Below are positions 38,101 to 47,400 of a stretch of 64,000 bases of DNA, one piece after another. This DNA comes from a virus: the IMG/VR virus record IMGVR_UViG_3300027733_000032. One strand, given 5' to 3'. The position numbers and the translations under genes were made by a program. How positions within the stretch are numbered: the first letter of the stretch is position 1; each line of letters starts with the position of its first letter. The notes under the pieces were generated by a model, which was not told the origin of the DNA, did no database searches, and saw only the letters and a program-made list of their open reading frames with translations.

Positions 38101-39528
38101 ATCAAGGACCAAGTTGCAAAACTGGAAGCAATTTCTCCGGACACAATCAAAGCGACTGTGGCTTCAATCGTGTCCGACCCCGCCGAAGCAAAAGAATTAA
38201 CAGACACGCTGTTGGCAAGAAGGCAAGACCTCATTAATCGCTTCGGCAAGGGGCGTAGTGCAGGAATGTCTTCACGCACTGCACTAAAACCAATGCCAGA
38301 ATTTGGTTCACAGAAATTTATGGAATCTCTGCCTGCGACACTCAGCGACCTCTCGAATGAGGAACTTATGCGAATGTGGGACTCAACGAGGCCGTTTGTC
38401 AACCTACAGCAGTACGAGATGGGCGAGAATGCGAAGAATTTGAATATCCGAATGGAGAAAATTAAAACAGATATTCGTAAGAGAATTAAGAGTGAAGTTT
38501 CTTTGAGGAATGGTGCTCCGGAATCTCGTTCTGAAAAAATCGGCCAAGGGTCTGCTGAGGCCATGGCTCGGGCTTCGGTAGAAAGAAAGAATCGCTCCGA
38601 GGCAATTAGAAATTTATTAAATAATCGTTCAAACGCGATTAAGAAGTATTACTCCTCAACGCGCATGGAAGACGACCAACACACCGCCATATGGGACGAC
38701 ATAGATGCAGCCCTCATGGCAGACGGTGATACAGACATTACACTCTCCAAACTTGACTCAATGATTCAACTTTTAGATGACTATATTTCTTCTAACAAAA
38801 AAGATGTTTCCAAAAATGAACAGAGACGCAATGTGGGTCAGGCTGAAAAAATGCGCATCTCTCTTGCTCAATTAGCAGAAGAGTATGCAAGCGACCCATA
38901 TGTGAAAAATGGCGGAGAAGACTTGGAAAAGCCAAAGACTCCACGAATTAATCGCAATGGGGCAGAAACTCAGAATCCTGCATCAGAAAATAACAATATT
39001 TCTTCACGAATTTCCATGGCTCCAACTAAAACAACCGCTCAATATATGAGCGCACGCAAGGGTGAAGCAAGAGCAGAGGGGATGCGTTCATCTACGGGTA
39101 TGGCGTCCAAAACCGGGAGGGCGGAGATTCGTGGAGAAGCAACTTTCTTTAAGTCTATCCAAGACATGCTCTTATATGAAGCAGGAAAATCAGACGATTC
39201 TAAAGCGTCTTCCGCCCTACGTACGCTACACACAATAATGACAAGACAGAAGTCGGGCCTCATATCCGACAAGAGAACTAACGCTGGGGCAATATATTTA
39301 ATGCAGGATGAATTAGACAACATTTTAGATGCGTTATTTCTATCCATTGACAGACAGGTCGGTAGAGACAATGCAGATAGAGCAAAATTGCTATCAAATT
39401 TTGCTGACATGCTAGCAATGGCTGGTATGGCCACATTTATTGACAAGTCAGTTCCAGAAGTCAATTCCCGAACAGTCAAAAAATTCAATAGCGAGGGGAG
39501 AGAAGTGGAAATACCCTTAAATGAATAA
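29128..39528 (+). CDS. giant modular cargo polyprotein A (Nudix, duplicated HTH-like, pentapeptide repeats, KTSC-like, HipA/PI3K-like kinase), probably made as a protease frameshift fusion
   Basis: Frame is open from 29110 with no start codon until 29236, yet homology to protein D begins about 20 aa before that ATG. Domain motifs are listed in the findings. Confidence 0.8.
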   Translation: MQAPLVFGLGLSLESKGLGPKIGTRLSGGLRAAPPGMSFVDITGTVDADTDGIVFEGKPGLERPIIPRFLVPKNLARKISSLTEGDALEIEKQRRSGDGNISFDETKLRSIIEKIGGDVNSLKPVDDTAETGMRSANASDGPDFQEPPIADVPEQFDGFWTPDEEQLRDLDKRSGRRTPPPPPANIGQKYVISRDDDGVYFAENISAEDVWSLRSGASKAPKRPFFAPRGGGNKPDNGEGYYFSTNGKRYWGKYGAAGALVRRKNSDGEYEYFLARRADGMSVGGGKWSFPGGAHKDKENSKLPGATAIEEFGEEVGGDISTLKPIHTYTDQVAPDWKYDTYVFEVGPDELNDLRSMDGESTDTGWFTASDIIQMAEDDKLLESFKRSAKEVFALSGDEVKGNKTTRKIKKTLKKISGEKVTSWQEKIKKYEPIEPEDYFDINNEMQSDFGISIGQVMQDEYDEGASIKEIAENWGISAHEVEKLLSENKKGGMSSTSVGQIMQDEYDEGASIKEIAENWDITTQEVEDFMSRPPSVGMSSAKTNRDSRGRDATPAKKKKLDSVIDFVIDKISPVTVIQAYIDFSDRRQEKKNPSLTAERLAREEKMKSGVDKAGKSGISIATKMALPEYKTLMEKVSLNGETVLASTSARTAEVQKLIDNLASKVDGDLDGMDFSKGNFSGIDFKNYSLRNASFFGSTLDKSNFSGCIIDSATFEDASLIDANLSKISQAWRIDFSGANLTNADLTKLNMHSALLNETNLEGAKLDGVNLIMADIRDMDFSNARSMRGVLLEEVQGEGANFGGLDMTNSSFVSANLTNTNFSNANLTRSDLRNAKLDKADFSGANMEGIELEKPGLSPSSMKETKFDNMPTKGEEGTPSGMSSLTRPYRDTSDEELKALYEKYLRYLGGPGDKGDSDFTYMRRSKEYDKIKKEIARREKDGKKPSKGMSSETKLPGNKEMPGLPDDELTSKLDDNVNSLNELETLLDDGEIDLAEYRKRQIPLRKEAAELGAEKKRRSGEKPKTGETGTLKREKVIDRGDGMIKRDERGNPSEWNGQKFLDGEAGKRRQAILELGFTEQEADTLLGQRPSPQKSGMGSRSSAKTKPTFSLTPLNLFIKRETTRTKGPVPELSGWSDRELADSLSMYDIRAPRAWDEERGSFIPSWFPSKDSLVREFDSRGYNVFLGTSGSRQYNDLMFSVLAKDNAIPQEMRRRIWKPSGLLTKAVRDGEEETGQVFPLKSRMKNWEFAAQAADMTDVEVRSLDVEFDNERANKLADVRSGIISKEQFNKWYEGELTPLRRALSAELTRRSLRKAVDGKQTIESVFGTGLTPREYAFLSKDPLLFTRAAGMMSRNGGSTIDKMVKNGEITQEDLEFIQQYHDLSDRLSVDLYDELTNLFGSNPDDVDWDSLDIDTKSKSRDIHAKWMRKYSASLSQLGDGQKRSRNELANMGFDDGEIDDIMTGSMSSGGMSSKRKSNKKITSKWSEEDRRAFTEQNLRSKKVPKKKKKGPVANEWTERRAGREIKSTTRASDSTYGDSAKTASYYESLANQYFSGIAEYVGEDTRIVNSNYNPNIPTMDEPFASIRTSTVGSLKDGDFLPDGFDAPSMFSTPTNPRYKVVYVSKDKDGQIVFGARDLQTGELLVKKMGVNEILPNVMRQSTNKRFGGMSSSRKVGDVKLHAKLADQFKFEQFDEIEKDLNGFIDEINSINEQLNIIWKNGQRRTDAGLPDSDFDEKRYGELEDMRSSLEDTVGEYVKFAEFVAQENIMRRRNKAAVKLAKEKVQNALKKQESPSGNPFEMNDIDTRRLFELGVTEADVADILDSFDIDDREMERVFTAGRPPFTGTKFAKQISSIIDSRSSLDGPEFEEFDPEDEDEQREISKLARRMINSAADDSARRSKITDRSKTMIDVGVSSSSSGGMSSKTPMGKGLGTSKVLYPTRPNKFIAKDVSFVFYDANREELSVGYKDKKKYVFGGITPEMVNDIENGKNSLIASLNAVKKDARYTINPDGTVMGSPPNTLKLLNRDKDRLELIGDDLEVVESVIDGLKNGQNDMTRKMRSDRRNQAMSMASGLAKNNEYAMAFNIMDALDEIDTRTNGAGYMPNGMRSYAATIHPRVQVGLSQDEVGEIRDEIRAIMRKHNGNFFIKDGLSKYDGNLAAAQKKEGRAQLVLLLPEYNAIMNSYEELAKIDPDWTSVVGPHPVELAGVSKDGRFDTEKFKQTGDFAGKLINNGAPSEITVAEQRELINWARRQPGFRIVQSIASSYDEKNGALTANQWRTLRSLHSNYGKNQYNRGGLESRRNSIGMRSTSSTDGPMPMNAVSGNTMGNFVPYGGPTEGGSRNAEVIPNVDIKGKSVEQVVPEGISDEEALALIESIGAYHPKANPDGIKGREYVERRTRLLDSIAETRRITERRAALERAQQSGQIGDDVNLPSHLEFWPLVSEDTKSRLNTAAQNKYGAQFIDLEPYQMEDVLVFETGASGYYSAGTFKQIKKRPNAIDMEDWERLLLPVHQRVSEIDEEEKIKREAARLEADNSPSLEDMLDDPNIAPERKARIEGILAMRRESERKWKESAQTSSAKRRSAAKKEIKLQKYETIDDVGRDSVKNIETMAKAKYGSKFDSLTPVQQKDVLDSYAKERFGVEHYRNIEQSVQKAQSMAERFSQQERIDGEHLAAWDSITDFFNSSEQPSFTGEKIDSLRELLDNYPIENENSTDAELLLSNKIEDISSLIDEMEMSYDDENITIPTGRTGGMASSKKFTPRGVEVERDESSSRIGGMSSLFNRNKPDKTETDTGTVKAPDKPSKPERKKPIVTDGWKKVGGQGGSNPGGFFEDENGVRHYVKTPRSLSHIESEVLAAELYKMLGLGVPQISQGSYQGKPNVVSTLISEPSRPITGAMGDGSKQWQAKVIEGFVADAWLANWDAVLNDNVRADKNGNPIRVDNGGSMKWRAQGGPKGAAWGNTVGEIDSLRGQSPAAPVYRQITDQQIKDQVAKLEAISPDTIKATVASIVSDPAEAKELTDTLLARRQDLINRFGKGRSAGMSSRTALKPMPEFGSQKFMESLPATLSDLSNEELMRMWDSTRPFVNLQQYEMGENAKNLNIRMEKIKTDIRKRIKSEVSLRNGAPESRSEKIGQGSAEAMARASVERKNRSEAIRNLLNNRSNAIKKYYSSTRMEDDQHTAIWDDIDAALMADGDTDITLSKLDSMIQLLDDYISSNKKDVSKNEQRRNVGQAEKMRISLAQLAEEYASDPYVKNGGEDLEKPKTPRINRNGAETQNPASENNNISSRISMAPTKTTAQYMSARKGEARAEGMRSSTGMASKTGRAEIRGEATFFKSIQDMLLYEAGKSDDSKASSALRTLHTIMTRQKSGLISDKRTNAGAIYLMQDELDNILDALFLSIDRQVGRDNADRAKLLSNFADMLAMAGMATFIDKSVPEVNSRTVKKFNSEGREVEIPLNE
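30481..30720 (+). repeat. tandem duplication of a ~35-aa HTH-like unit
   Basis: S[IV]GQ[VI]MQDEYDEGASIKEIAENW occurs twice, separated by KGGMSS. Confidence 0.85.
31140..31720 (+). repeat. pentapeptide repeat domain in protein A
   Basis: A[DN]L-x-x type repeats (ANLTNADLTK, ANLTNTNFSNANLT). Confidence 0.9.
31768..31945 (+). repeat. 55-aa module copy 1 (RPYRDTSDEEL...YLGGPGDKGD...ARRE)
   Basis: Near-identical to the copies at 50501-50680 and 50710-50880. Confidence 0.92.
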
Positions 39529-39590
39529 TCATAAAATATTATTCATTTGCACTGCTCAATATAGGGTATACTGAAATCACGTAATCAAAT

Positions 39591-41387
39591 ATGGCCAAAC
39601 AATTCAAATACTTCTGCATGGTGAACCAAGAAAAGGCTATTATGCCATGTAGTGGTTGTAGTAGCCCCAATGGCTGCCTTTTAAAAACCATGCACTACAA
39701 GGAGTCGACAACAATGAACTACGACGAAAAAGCAATAGTTAAGATTGAAAGCGACGGCAGTGTTGCTAAGTGCGCTAAGGGTCTTGCCGTCAGCGAGTGT
39801 GGCTTTAAGGCTGGCTCAAAAGTCTGTGGCAAGTGTGGTGCCATGCCTGTTCAAATCAAGATGGTTCCTGTTGATGACATGGCAGACGAAGACATGATGG
39901 ACGAAGAAGACGACATGACCGAGCAGCAGAAAATGATGATGCGTCGTCGTACTGCTCGCAAGGCTATGGGGATGCCCATGGACGATACGGAAGACGAAGA
40001 AACCGTAGCCGAAGACATGGAGTCAATGCCTGAAGATGAGGAAATGACTAACGGCAAGATGTGGGGCGGAAAGCCGTACCGCAAGGGCATGCGTATGCCT
40101 GCATCAGAAATCATGGACGACGAAGACATGATGGATGACGAAGAAGACGTGGCTAGCAAGTCGCATGACGACAACATGAAGAGAATGCGTCGTCAAAGAA
40201 AAGCAATGGATGCCGCAATGAGCATGGGCGATGACGAGGATTTGCCAGACGAAGACATGATGGATGATGAAGAAGAAGTCATGGCTACTCCAAAGGGCTA
40301 CGGTCGTGGTGGTATGCGCTACAAGTTGGACGAAGAAGACATGGCCGAAGGTCCAGAAGACGGCATAGATGATGAGGAAGACCTCCTTGAAGGCGACGAA
40401 GAGGAAGACATCGTTCCCATGCGTCGCCCAATGAATGGTCAGACCCCCAGCATGGAAGACCTCCGTATGGCTCGTCTCCGCAAAATGGGCACCAAGTCTG
40501 CCGACGTCGGAATTAATGGATACCTCTGTGCAATTGACCGCAAAGTACATCCAGGTTCAATCTCCGTCTGTGATGACTGCCCAGGTGGCTGCATGGCAGA
40601 AAAGGGACTCCCAGGGCTCCTCCACATCGAAGGTCTCGCAGAAATGATGTTCAAGGGTGACGTTATCGATTCTGGCTACTCACAAGAAGCCGACATGTTC
40701 GTTATCGACGTTCAGACTAAGTCTGGCAATGTCAATGAGATTTTCATTGATGGAACCACGGCAGAAGTGCTTGGATTCCACCGTCTTGATGACAGCGTTT
40801 TTGAACAGAAGTCGCTCATGGACGATATTCAACTTATCGACTTCAATGAAGCCGCTGAACTTGCCGTGAAGTCGGTTCCTGGAATCGTCGTGGCTGTTGA
40901 GCCAAGCGTATTTGAGGGATTTGACGCCTATCAAGTAGAAGTGGATGGCTTTGACCAGAAGTCCTATGACGTGTTCGTCGCCCTTGATGGCGAAGTTCTT
41001 GGCTGGGATAAGTGGGAGCCTGAAGACACCGACCAGATTGAGGCAGAGGCTGCAGAAATTGCACTAAAGAGAGCGTTTCCGGACGACAAGCGTCAAGAAA
41101 TGGCCAAAGAAGGCACCGCAATGGATGACGGTTCTTTCCCAATTGCCAATGAATCTGACCTTCGTAACGCAATCATGTCTCATGGCCGAGCAAAAGATGT
41201 CGAGGCAGCAAAAATGCACATCATGAAACAAGCCAAGGCAATGGGCAAGGAAGACATGATTCCTGCTGAATGGGTTTCCGGCGGGGAGAAGTCGCTAACT
41301 GTCGAAGGCGGTCCCACCGATGAATTCCTTAAGACTCTTGTTGAGTTTGAATTGCTTTCGGCTGAAGTTGACGAAACCGGTAAGTGA
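39591..41387 (+). CDS. acidic Met-rich head-associated protein with Cys clusters, two PepSY-like domains and a C-terminal GSFPI..DL-x-NAI..GRA domain (scaffold/core candidate)
   Basis: Motifs visible in the translation; alternative start at 39714 with AAGGAG SD. Confidence 0.6.
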   Translation: MAKQFKYFCMVNQEKAIMPCSGCSSPNGCLLKTMHYKESTTMNYDEKAIVKIESDGSVAKCAKGLAVSECGFKAGSKVCGKCGAMPVQIKMVPVDDMADEDMMDEEDDMTEQQKMMMRRRTARKAMGMPMDDTEDEETVAEDMESMPEDEEMTNGKMWGGKPYRKGMRMPASEIMDDEDMMDDEEDVASKSHDDNMKRMRRQRKAMDAAMSMGDDEDLPDEDMMDDEEEVMATPKGYGRGGMRYKLDEEDMAEGPEDGIDDEEDLLEGDEEEDIVPMRRPMNGQTPSMEDLRMARLRKMGTKSADVGINGYLCAIDRKVHPGSISVCDDCPGGCMAEKGLPGLLHIEGLAEMMFKGDVIDSGYSQEADMFVIDVQTKSGNVNEIFIDGTTAEVLGFHRLDDSVFEQKSLMDDIQLIDFNEAAELAVKSVPGIVVAVEPSVFEGFDAYQVEVDGFDQKSYDVFVALDGEVLGWDKWEPEDTDQIEAEAAEIALKRAFPDDKRQEMAKEGTAMDDGSFPIANESDLRNAIMSHGRAKDVEAAKMHIMKQAKAMGKEDMIPAEWVSGGEKSLTVEGGPTDEFLKTLVEFELLSAEVDETGK

Positions 41388-41416
41388 CAAAGCAGTAAGT
41401 GGGATTGGAGCCCGGA

Positions 41417-44400
41417 ATGGCGGGTAAAGGTATCCCTCATCGTTATTCCATTAAGCGTTCCAATACGTTGCATGAGCGTAACATCGATGAGGTTGCTCTA
41501 TATTTTAAAGAACTACAGACGTATGCTGCTGCTCAGCCATACCTCAACCCATTTCTTTCCATCAAAGCACTAAGCCCTGACGCTAAGGCCAGCAACGCCA
41601 CTGCTAAGCCTGAATCAAAACGTACCTCAGCAGACGAGGATGAGCAAAAACTAAAAATAGAGTTCAACCCTAAGGCGACACGTAAACCAGGTCAGGTATT
41701 AAAACTTCACGTTACCTATGACGAAATGAAGTCAAAAGAAGGTGCCAAATTTGGCTGGATTGACCCAGCAAAAATGCCTTCCAAAGAAGAAATAAAAGCA
41801 AGCAAAGAAGAATTCAAAAAGACTATTGCAAGTAGGCCTACTGCAGTTTTTCGCGAGTATGAGCGTGGTCTGGACGGCAACCCAACACCTCGCCTTCTAA
41901 GTGAAGTTCGCTACAAGGGGCTTGGACAAACGATTGGGCAAATGCAGCCCGAACAGCGTGTAGGTAATGCTGCAGCGGCGGCTCTTGGTGTCGTATTTGA
42001 TGCTGCCGGAAAAATGCGCTGCCCTCCAGGCACACCAAATGCAAACCAATTTACTGACGAAAACATGTCTAACTGTTTTGTATTTTCCCCATTGACCGTA
42101 GCGCGAGAAATTCTACGCGTTGGTCGACGTCTCGCCGAAAGACTAGATGGCAGCGGTGGAGCGACCAGCAGGCAAGACCTTCGTTTTGATACTGCCTATG
42201 ACGCCGAAGCATTCCGAAAAGCAGAACGAGTAAAGGGCGTCTACACTAAAGCCGAAAGAATGCGGGAGAAGTGGGGTGCAAGAACAAGCGCAATAGAAAA
42301 TATGTTTACAAAACATGGCATTGATATGGACGACTCCATTGGTGCTGCAAACGGAGACCATATTCATGCTCTTGCTAATGAATATAGTTTTTCTAAAATT
42401 GCAAAAATATATTCCGATGCGGACCCTGACTTTACATTCTTCGACCCATCAAATGGCGAGGAAATAACCGACGACATCTGGAATTCTTTTGACTCTGCAA
42501 AGAAGGCAGAAGTCGCGTCGTACAATGCAAAACGCTACGACGAATCATTACGTCAAGAAATTACAGAGATGGTTCCTGAATCGATTAGGGAAGCAGCAAG
42601 AAATGGTGATGCTGATGCTCAGAAAGCCCTAGACGAGTATGTCGAGCGCACCCGAGAGATTCACCACAAAACGCAACGAGGAATGCTTGGTTCATTGCTT
42701 CAATACAAAGACGAAATGGGCGATAGGCAAGATGCTTTTGGTGGTTTCAGTAGTCATGGAATTTCTGGAAAAGATTTAGTCACTACGGAGGCAATGGCAT
42801 TGCCTAACATGGATGAAAATGGGATGCCTGCGGTGACCATTACCATCAATCCAATGTCCGTCGCTGTTCGAGGTAGGATGCCTTACGAAAAAAATGGTTC
42901 GCTATTTCTTGAAATAGAATCAGATGTGTCTCTCAGTGAAGCAGAGAAACAAACAGAGATATTAAGAGTTATGCGCGAAATTACTGATGCGCAAGAATTT
43001 GTAAACCTTGTTGGTTATGCTAACGAACAAAGTGCCGCTCGTGGAGTTGCTGACCTTGGCGTTTCCTCAGAGGAGATGAAGGGTGCTCACGTCATGTGGC
43101 ACGAACTTGGTCACGTTCAACAATATAACGTTGCTAGAAATAAAATATATGATTTTTATGACAAAAATGGTTTCTTCCCCGTAGTCATTGACGGAAAACT
43201 TGAAAAATTAGAAACACCTCCAGCAGCATGGAGCAATGGGACGTGGGCAAGTGCCATGGACTCAATGATGGGTGCCACTGCCGATAGAGGGGGGCCCTTC
43301 GCCAAAACGGGCGCAATGGGATTCCCTCCCTTTGGGACAGACGAGTTTGAAGATTCATTTCTTCATTTTGTATCTGGCAATTACTATCAAGACAAAGTTC
43401 AGGGAGCACTAGGAGTACTTGGTCTCCCTGAAGAAGGTGCGCATCGTCAACTTGCCCTCATGGAGGGAACGACAGAACTCTTTGCGCTTGAAAAATTGGG
43501 AGTTATCGAAGGTCCGGAAGTAAGGCAATTCACTTCATGGATGGACCCCGTAGACCCAGCACCAGTACCCTCACTACCTCCTGGGGCCCCACCTGAGGTT
43601 CCTGACGTCCCAGGACCAGATGTCCCCGAGATACCGACTGCGCCGCCAACAACGCCATCCCCGCCCCCTGGAACAACAATAATTGATAACAGCACGACTA
43701 TCAATATCGTTATCAATGGACCAATAAATATCCATGTTGGTGGAACGGCTCCGGATTGGGACGAAGGAGCCATTGAGCCCCCAATTCCACCAAGAAAAAC
43801 CGTCGACCTTAAGTGGGAAGACATAACGCCAATGATTCTTGCGGACAAAGACTCTCAGTGGACTGCCTCTCCATCAAGTGGCGCTGATATTGGGCAGAAC
43901 AAAGACATGCAAAAACTGTGGTTGGACAGCGTATTTGGCATGGGTCCAGAAGAGGGGGGATTTGTACCAGAACAAGGTGAACTTCCTCGCATAGATAAAG
44001 ACGCCTATTGGAAGTTGTCTCCACAGCAAATGGATACTAGATACGAGTTTTTACGTGGTGAAGCAGATGCTTTAATTCTTAAATCGGAAACAGAATCATT
44101 AAATAAAGATGAGCAAGCCAAGTTATGGCTCGCAACAAAGGGCATGCAACAAATACTTGACATGAATGGCAAGAAAGCAGCACTCGCCGACGCCAAACGT
44201 GAAGAATACCTAAGAGATGGCTTCGACCCGACTCCAGGGAAGTACCTAAGACAAGTCGACTCACCACTGAAACCTCAGCAAAAAGGTTTCCGAAAATTAG
44301 CAACAAAACGTGCCGAAGAACGTGGTTACGATGTCGTTGAAATAGACGATGATGAACTTTCGCACTGGGCGCGTGAAATTTCAGACCATGCTGGAACAGC

Positions 44401-47400
44401 GAGTGATTCTGGTGCGGATGCCTTCAGCGGAGCCGACCGCCCATATAAGCGTGGCGAAGTAAGAAATAATCCAAGTTTCAATACCAAGAAGAATCTTGAA
44501 CGTAATCCAAACTACGAACCAAGCAATGAGCCTCCCACTCCAGATACGGATTCTGCAGGATATGTTGGAAGTAAATTGGACGAAATCAAATCACGCTCGA
44601 CTCCAGAACAGCGTGCGATTCTTGACAGTAGTGAAACTGTAGAAAAGCGCGAATCGGTCGAAGCCCTTATGGATTCTTCAGACCCAAGCAAATTGTCTGG
44701 GATGCTGAGTAGGAGTGCGGAAAAACGACAAGCAGCAAAAACTGGGGGGGAAATAAAGCGCTCAACTCCTAGTGAGTCTGGCGACATTATTGATGATGAT
44801 TTCGAGAGCGGCGTTGTGCCATTCCTGGATTTAATAGAAACATCAAAATTTGACGACGACGTCAAACTGGTTACCTCCATGCAAATTCCAAAAAATGGAA
44901 TTTCGGATGGGGACACAATCGACCACACTAAAATTATGCGTGGCAAAGTTGTCGATTTTGATACTAGTGATGGTTTTGATTTCAGCCAGCCCGAAGCCAA
45001 CAGGCGAGTGGTCATCGAAATGCCCAAGGGCAGTCGTGGCGTCCCATCAAAGAATGCACACAACGGCGACACTGATGACTACCTCTTGCCGCCAGGAAGT
45101 CTTTCTGTTGTTCGCGTCGACCCTGATGGGACAATTTTTGCAACACCATTAGAGCAACATGGCAAAAAAGAAATTCTCGATGACATGGAGAAAAATCTCA
45201 ATGGGATTGAACTAGGTGCTGATTCTTTGGAAGAATTGGAACGTCGTACGCTCTTGAGTTCAATAAGCAAAGAACGTTCAAAAGTTGTTCCAGAAAAGCG
45301 TACAACTCGTGGATTGAGTAGTTCAGGTCCCAGGGCCGCGCGTCAGTCTGCTAGAAATCAAGCGATTGTTGATGGCTTCGATAAAAATGGAAGCAGTATC
45401 TACGGTACGGATACCCGCATCGGCATGTCGCCCGAAACGCTTGCACGTATGGAAGGCGAGAGTAATGACAAATTCAGAAAAGCACTTGGCCTAGACAGAA
45501 GCGTAGAGATTCCAAAGCGTGACCAACGCGTTGAATCGTCCGTAGCAAAACTTGGTGGTCTCCTATCTGGGAAAGCAGAACCCTCAAATCAAGAAGAATT
45601 TGAATTTGTTAATTCGCTTTCACCGGAACTCAAAGATTTATTCACAAGCCTCGATGCCTCTGAAATTAAGTCAATAGTTGACGATGAACTTTTCGACTAC
45701 CACCAACAGTTTGACGACAGGGTTCGAATTTCCCTGCACCCGGAAGAGTTTAAGGAATTCTTAAAGACTGGAAAACTCAAGAACATTACGGAAACAAAGC
45801 CGAATAGTGCATCGGCGTCGATGTTAAAGGAGTTTGAGGGCAAATTAGGAATGTCTGAAAATTTGCCAGATGGTGCTCGCAGCCACTCTGGTTTCATGGT
45901 TCACAAAACACATACGGACGAAATTGCGGATTACTTAAATGAACTGCCTGGAAATGGCATTTCTCGCAATCCGCACTTCTTCTCTGAAACAGATGATGTA
46001 AATCCATCCGGAAAATCACGTGCTGGCGGAAAAGTTATTGATTTGGTTCTCGCTCCAGAAGTTGCTCAGCGTGCCGTATACGGTCGCGGAGACGTCACTG
46101 GTGGAGAAGTACTTCCAACTCCCGTACTTTCTACCAACAGAGCAGAAGTCGGTAGTGCTTTTGTGAATCTATCGGATGTTTCTGAATCAAGCGAACTTGA
46201 TGGAATGAAACAAATTGCCGAAGTCCTAGAGTCAAGCATTACCGGAAATAAAACAGGCCTTGGTGGCGGACACGGGGTCCCAACTTCTGTCAAGAGCAGA
46301 AACCCAGGATTTGCGCATGAGGCACTTGTTGCTGGTGGCGTGACTATTGCAGACGCAGAACAAATCCGCATCCCCGTAGAAGCACTAGACATGGAAGATG
46401 TCACTGTTTCGTTTGATGGTGTCGAGTTAGATAATGTGCGACAGCAATTAAGTCAGGCTGGATTGACTAATTCAGAAATTGATGACGTCATTGACAAAAT
46501 TGGTGCTGGTATTGCGCCGTATGCGCTACCCGAAATTGAACGCATGCGACAGGGGATGGCCTCTGAAAAAATGTCAGAGGAACTCTCATTGGTTCCGAAT
46601 CATTCAATGACGCTCGTTCCTACTAATCCCGATGGCGTAGACGTTCTTAATCCAGACCCATTACCCGGCGAGCCGACTACAAATAAAGAAATGCGCGATG
46701 CTTGGAGAAAGCGTTATGCCGTCGAGTCTCAACTGAAAAGTATTAAGGATTTGGCTAAACATGAAAAAGAAACCAAAGGCAAAATTGAACCACGCATGTC
46801 GGCCAAATCCCCGTCAGGAGAATCGAGGGTTTCACAGAGACGACAAGGTATTCGTTATTCAGAAGACGGATATAAATCAATATACGAAAATGGTATTGAC
46901 GACTTCGTAAGCGAAGCGGTAGATACTGTTGAATACAACCCCAAAACACGTGAACTTCGCGTCTTATTTAAGGGACAGTCAGACCCCTATCACTTCCTTG
47001 ACGTAGACCCTGATGATTTAGAGGATTTTGGCGACGAATTTGAGCCAATCGGCAACAAGATTGACAGAATTAAGCGCACCAACAATCGTACTGTTAGAGG
47101 CCCGGACGGTTCCGTAATTCGCTGGGACGGTAAAGAATGGTCCTATGAAGACGCTGGCATGAGTAGCAAGAAGCCTAGTGTTCCATTCGATGGCGATATT
47201 TCCGATAAGACCCCAGATGACATTGCGTTTGACAGTGACATTGATGAAATCATTAGCCCAAGTAGCACTTCCAGAATCGGAATGTTTATCCCTCAGGAGA
47301 GAGCGACAGACTCGGACATTTTTGATACCGATGAAATAAAAAAACGCATTGAGGGAATGAGTGCTCGCCTTGGGGAAATGAACCCTCGCGATATGGACAG

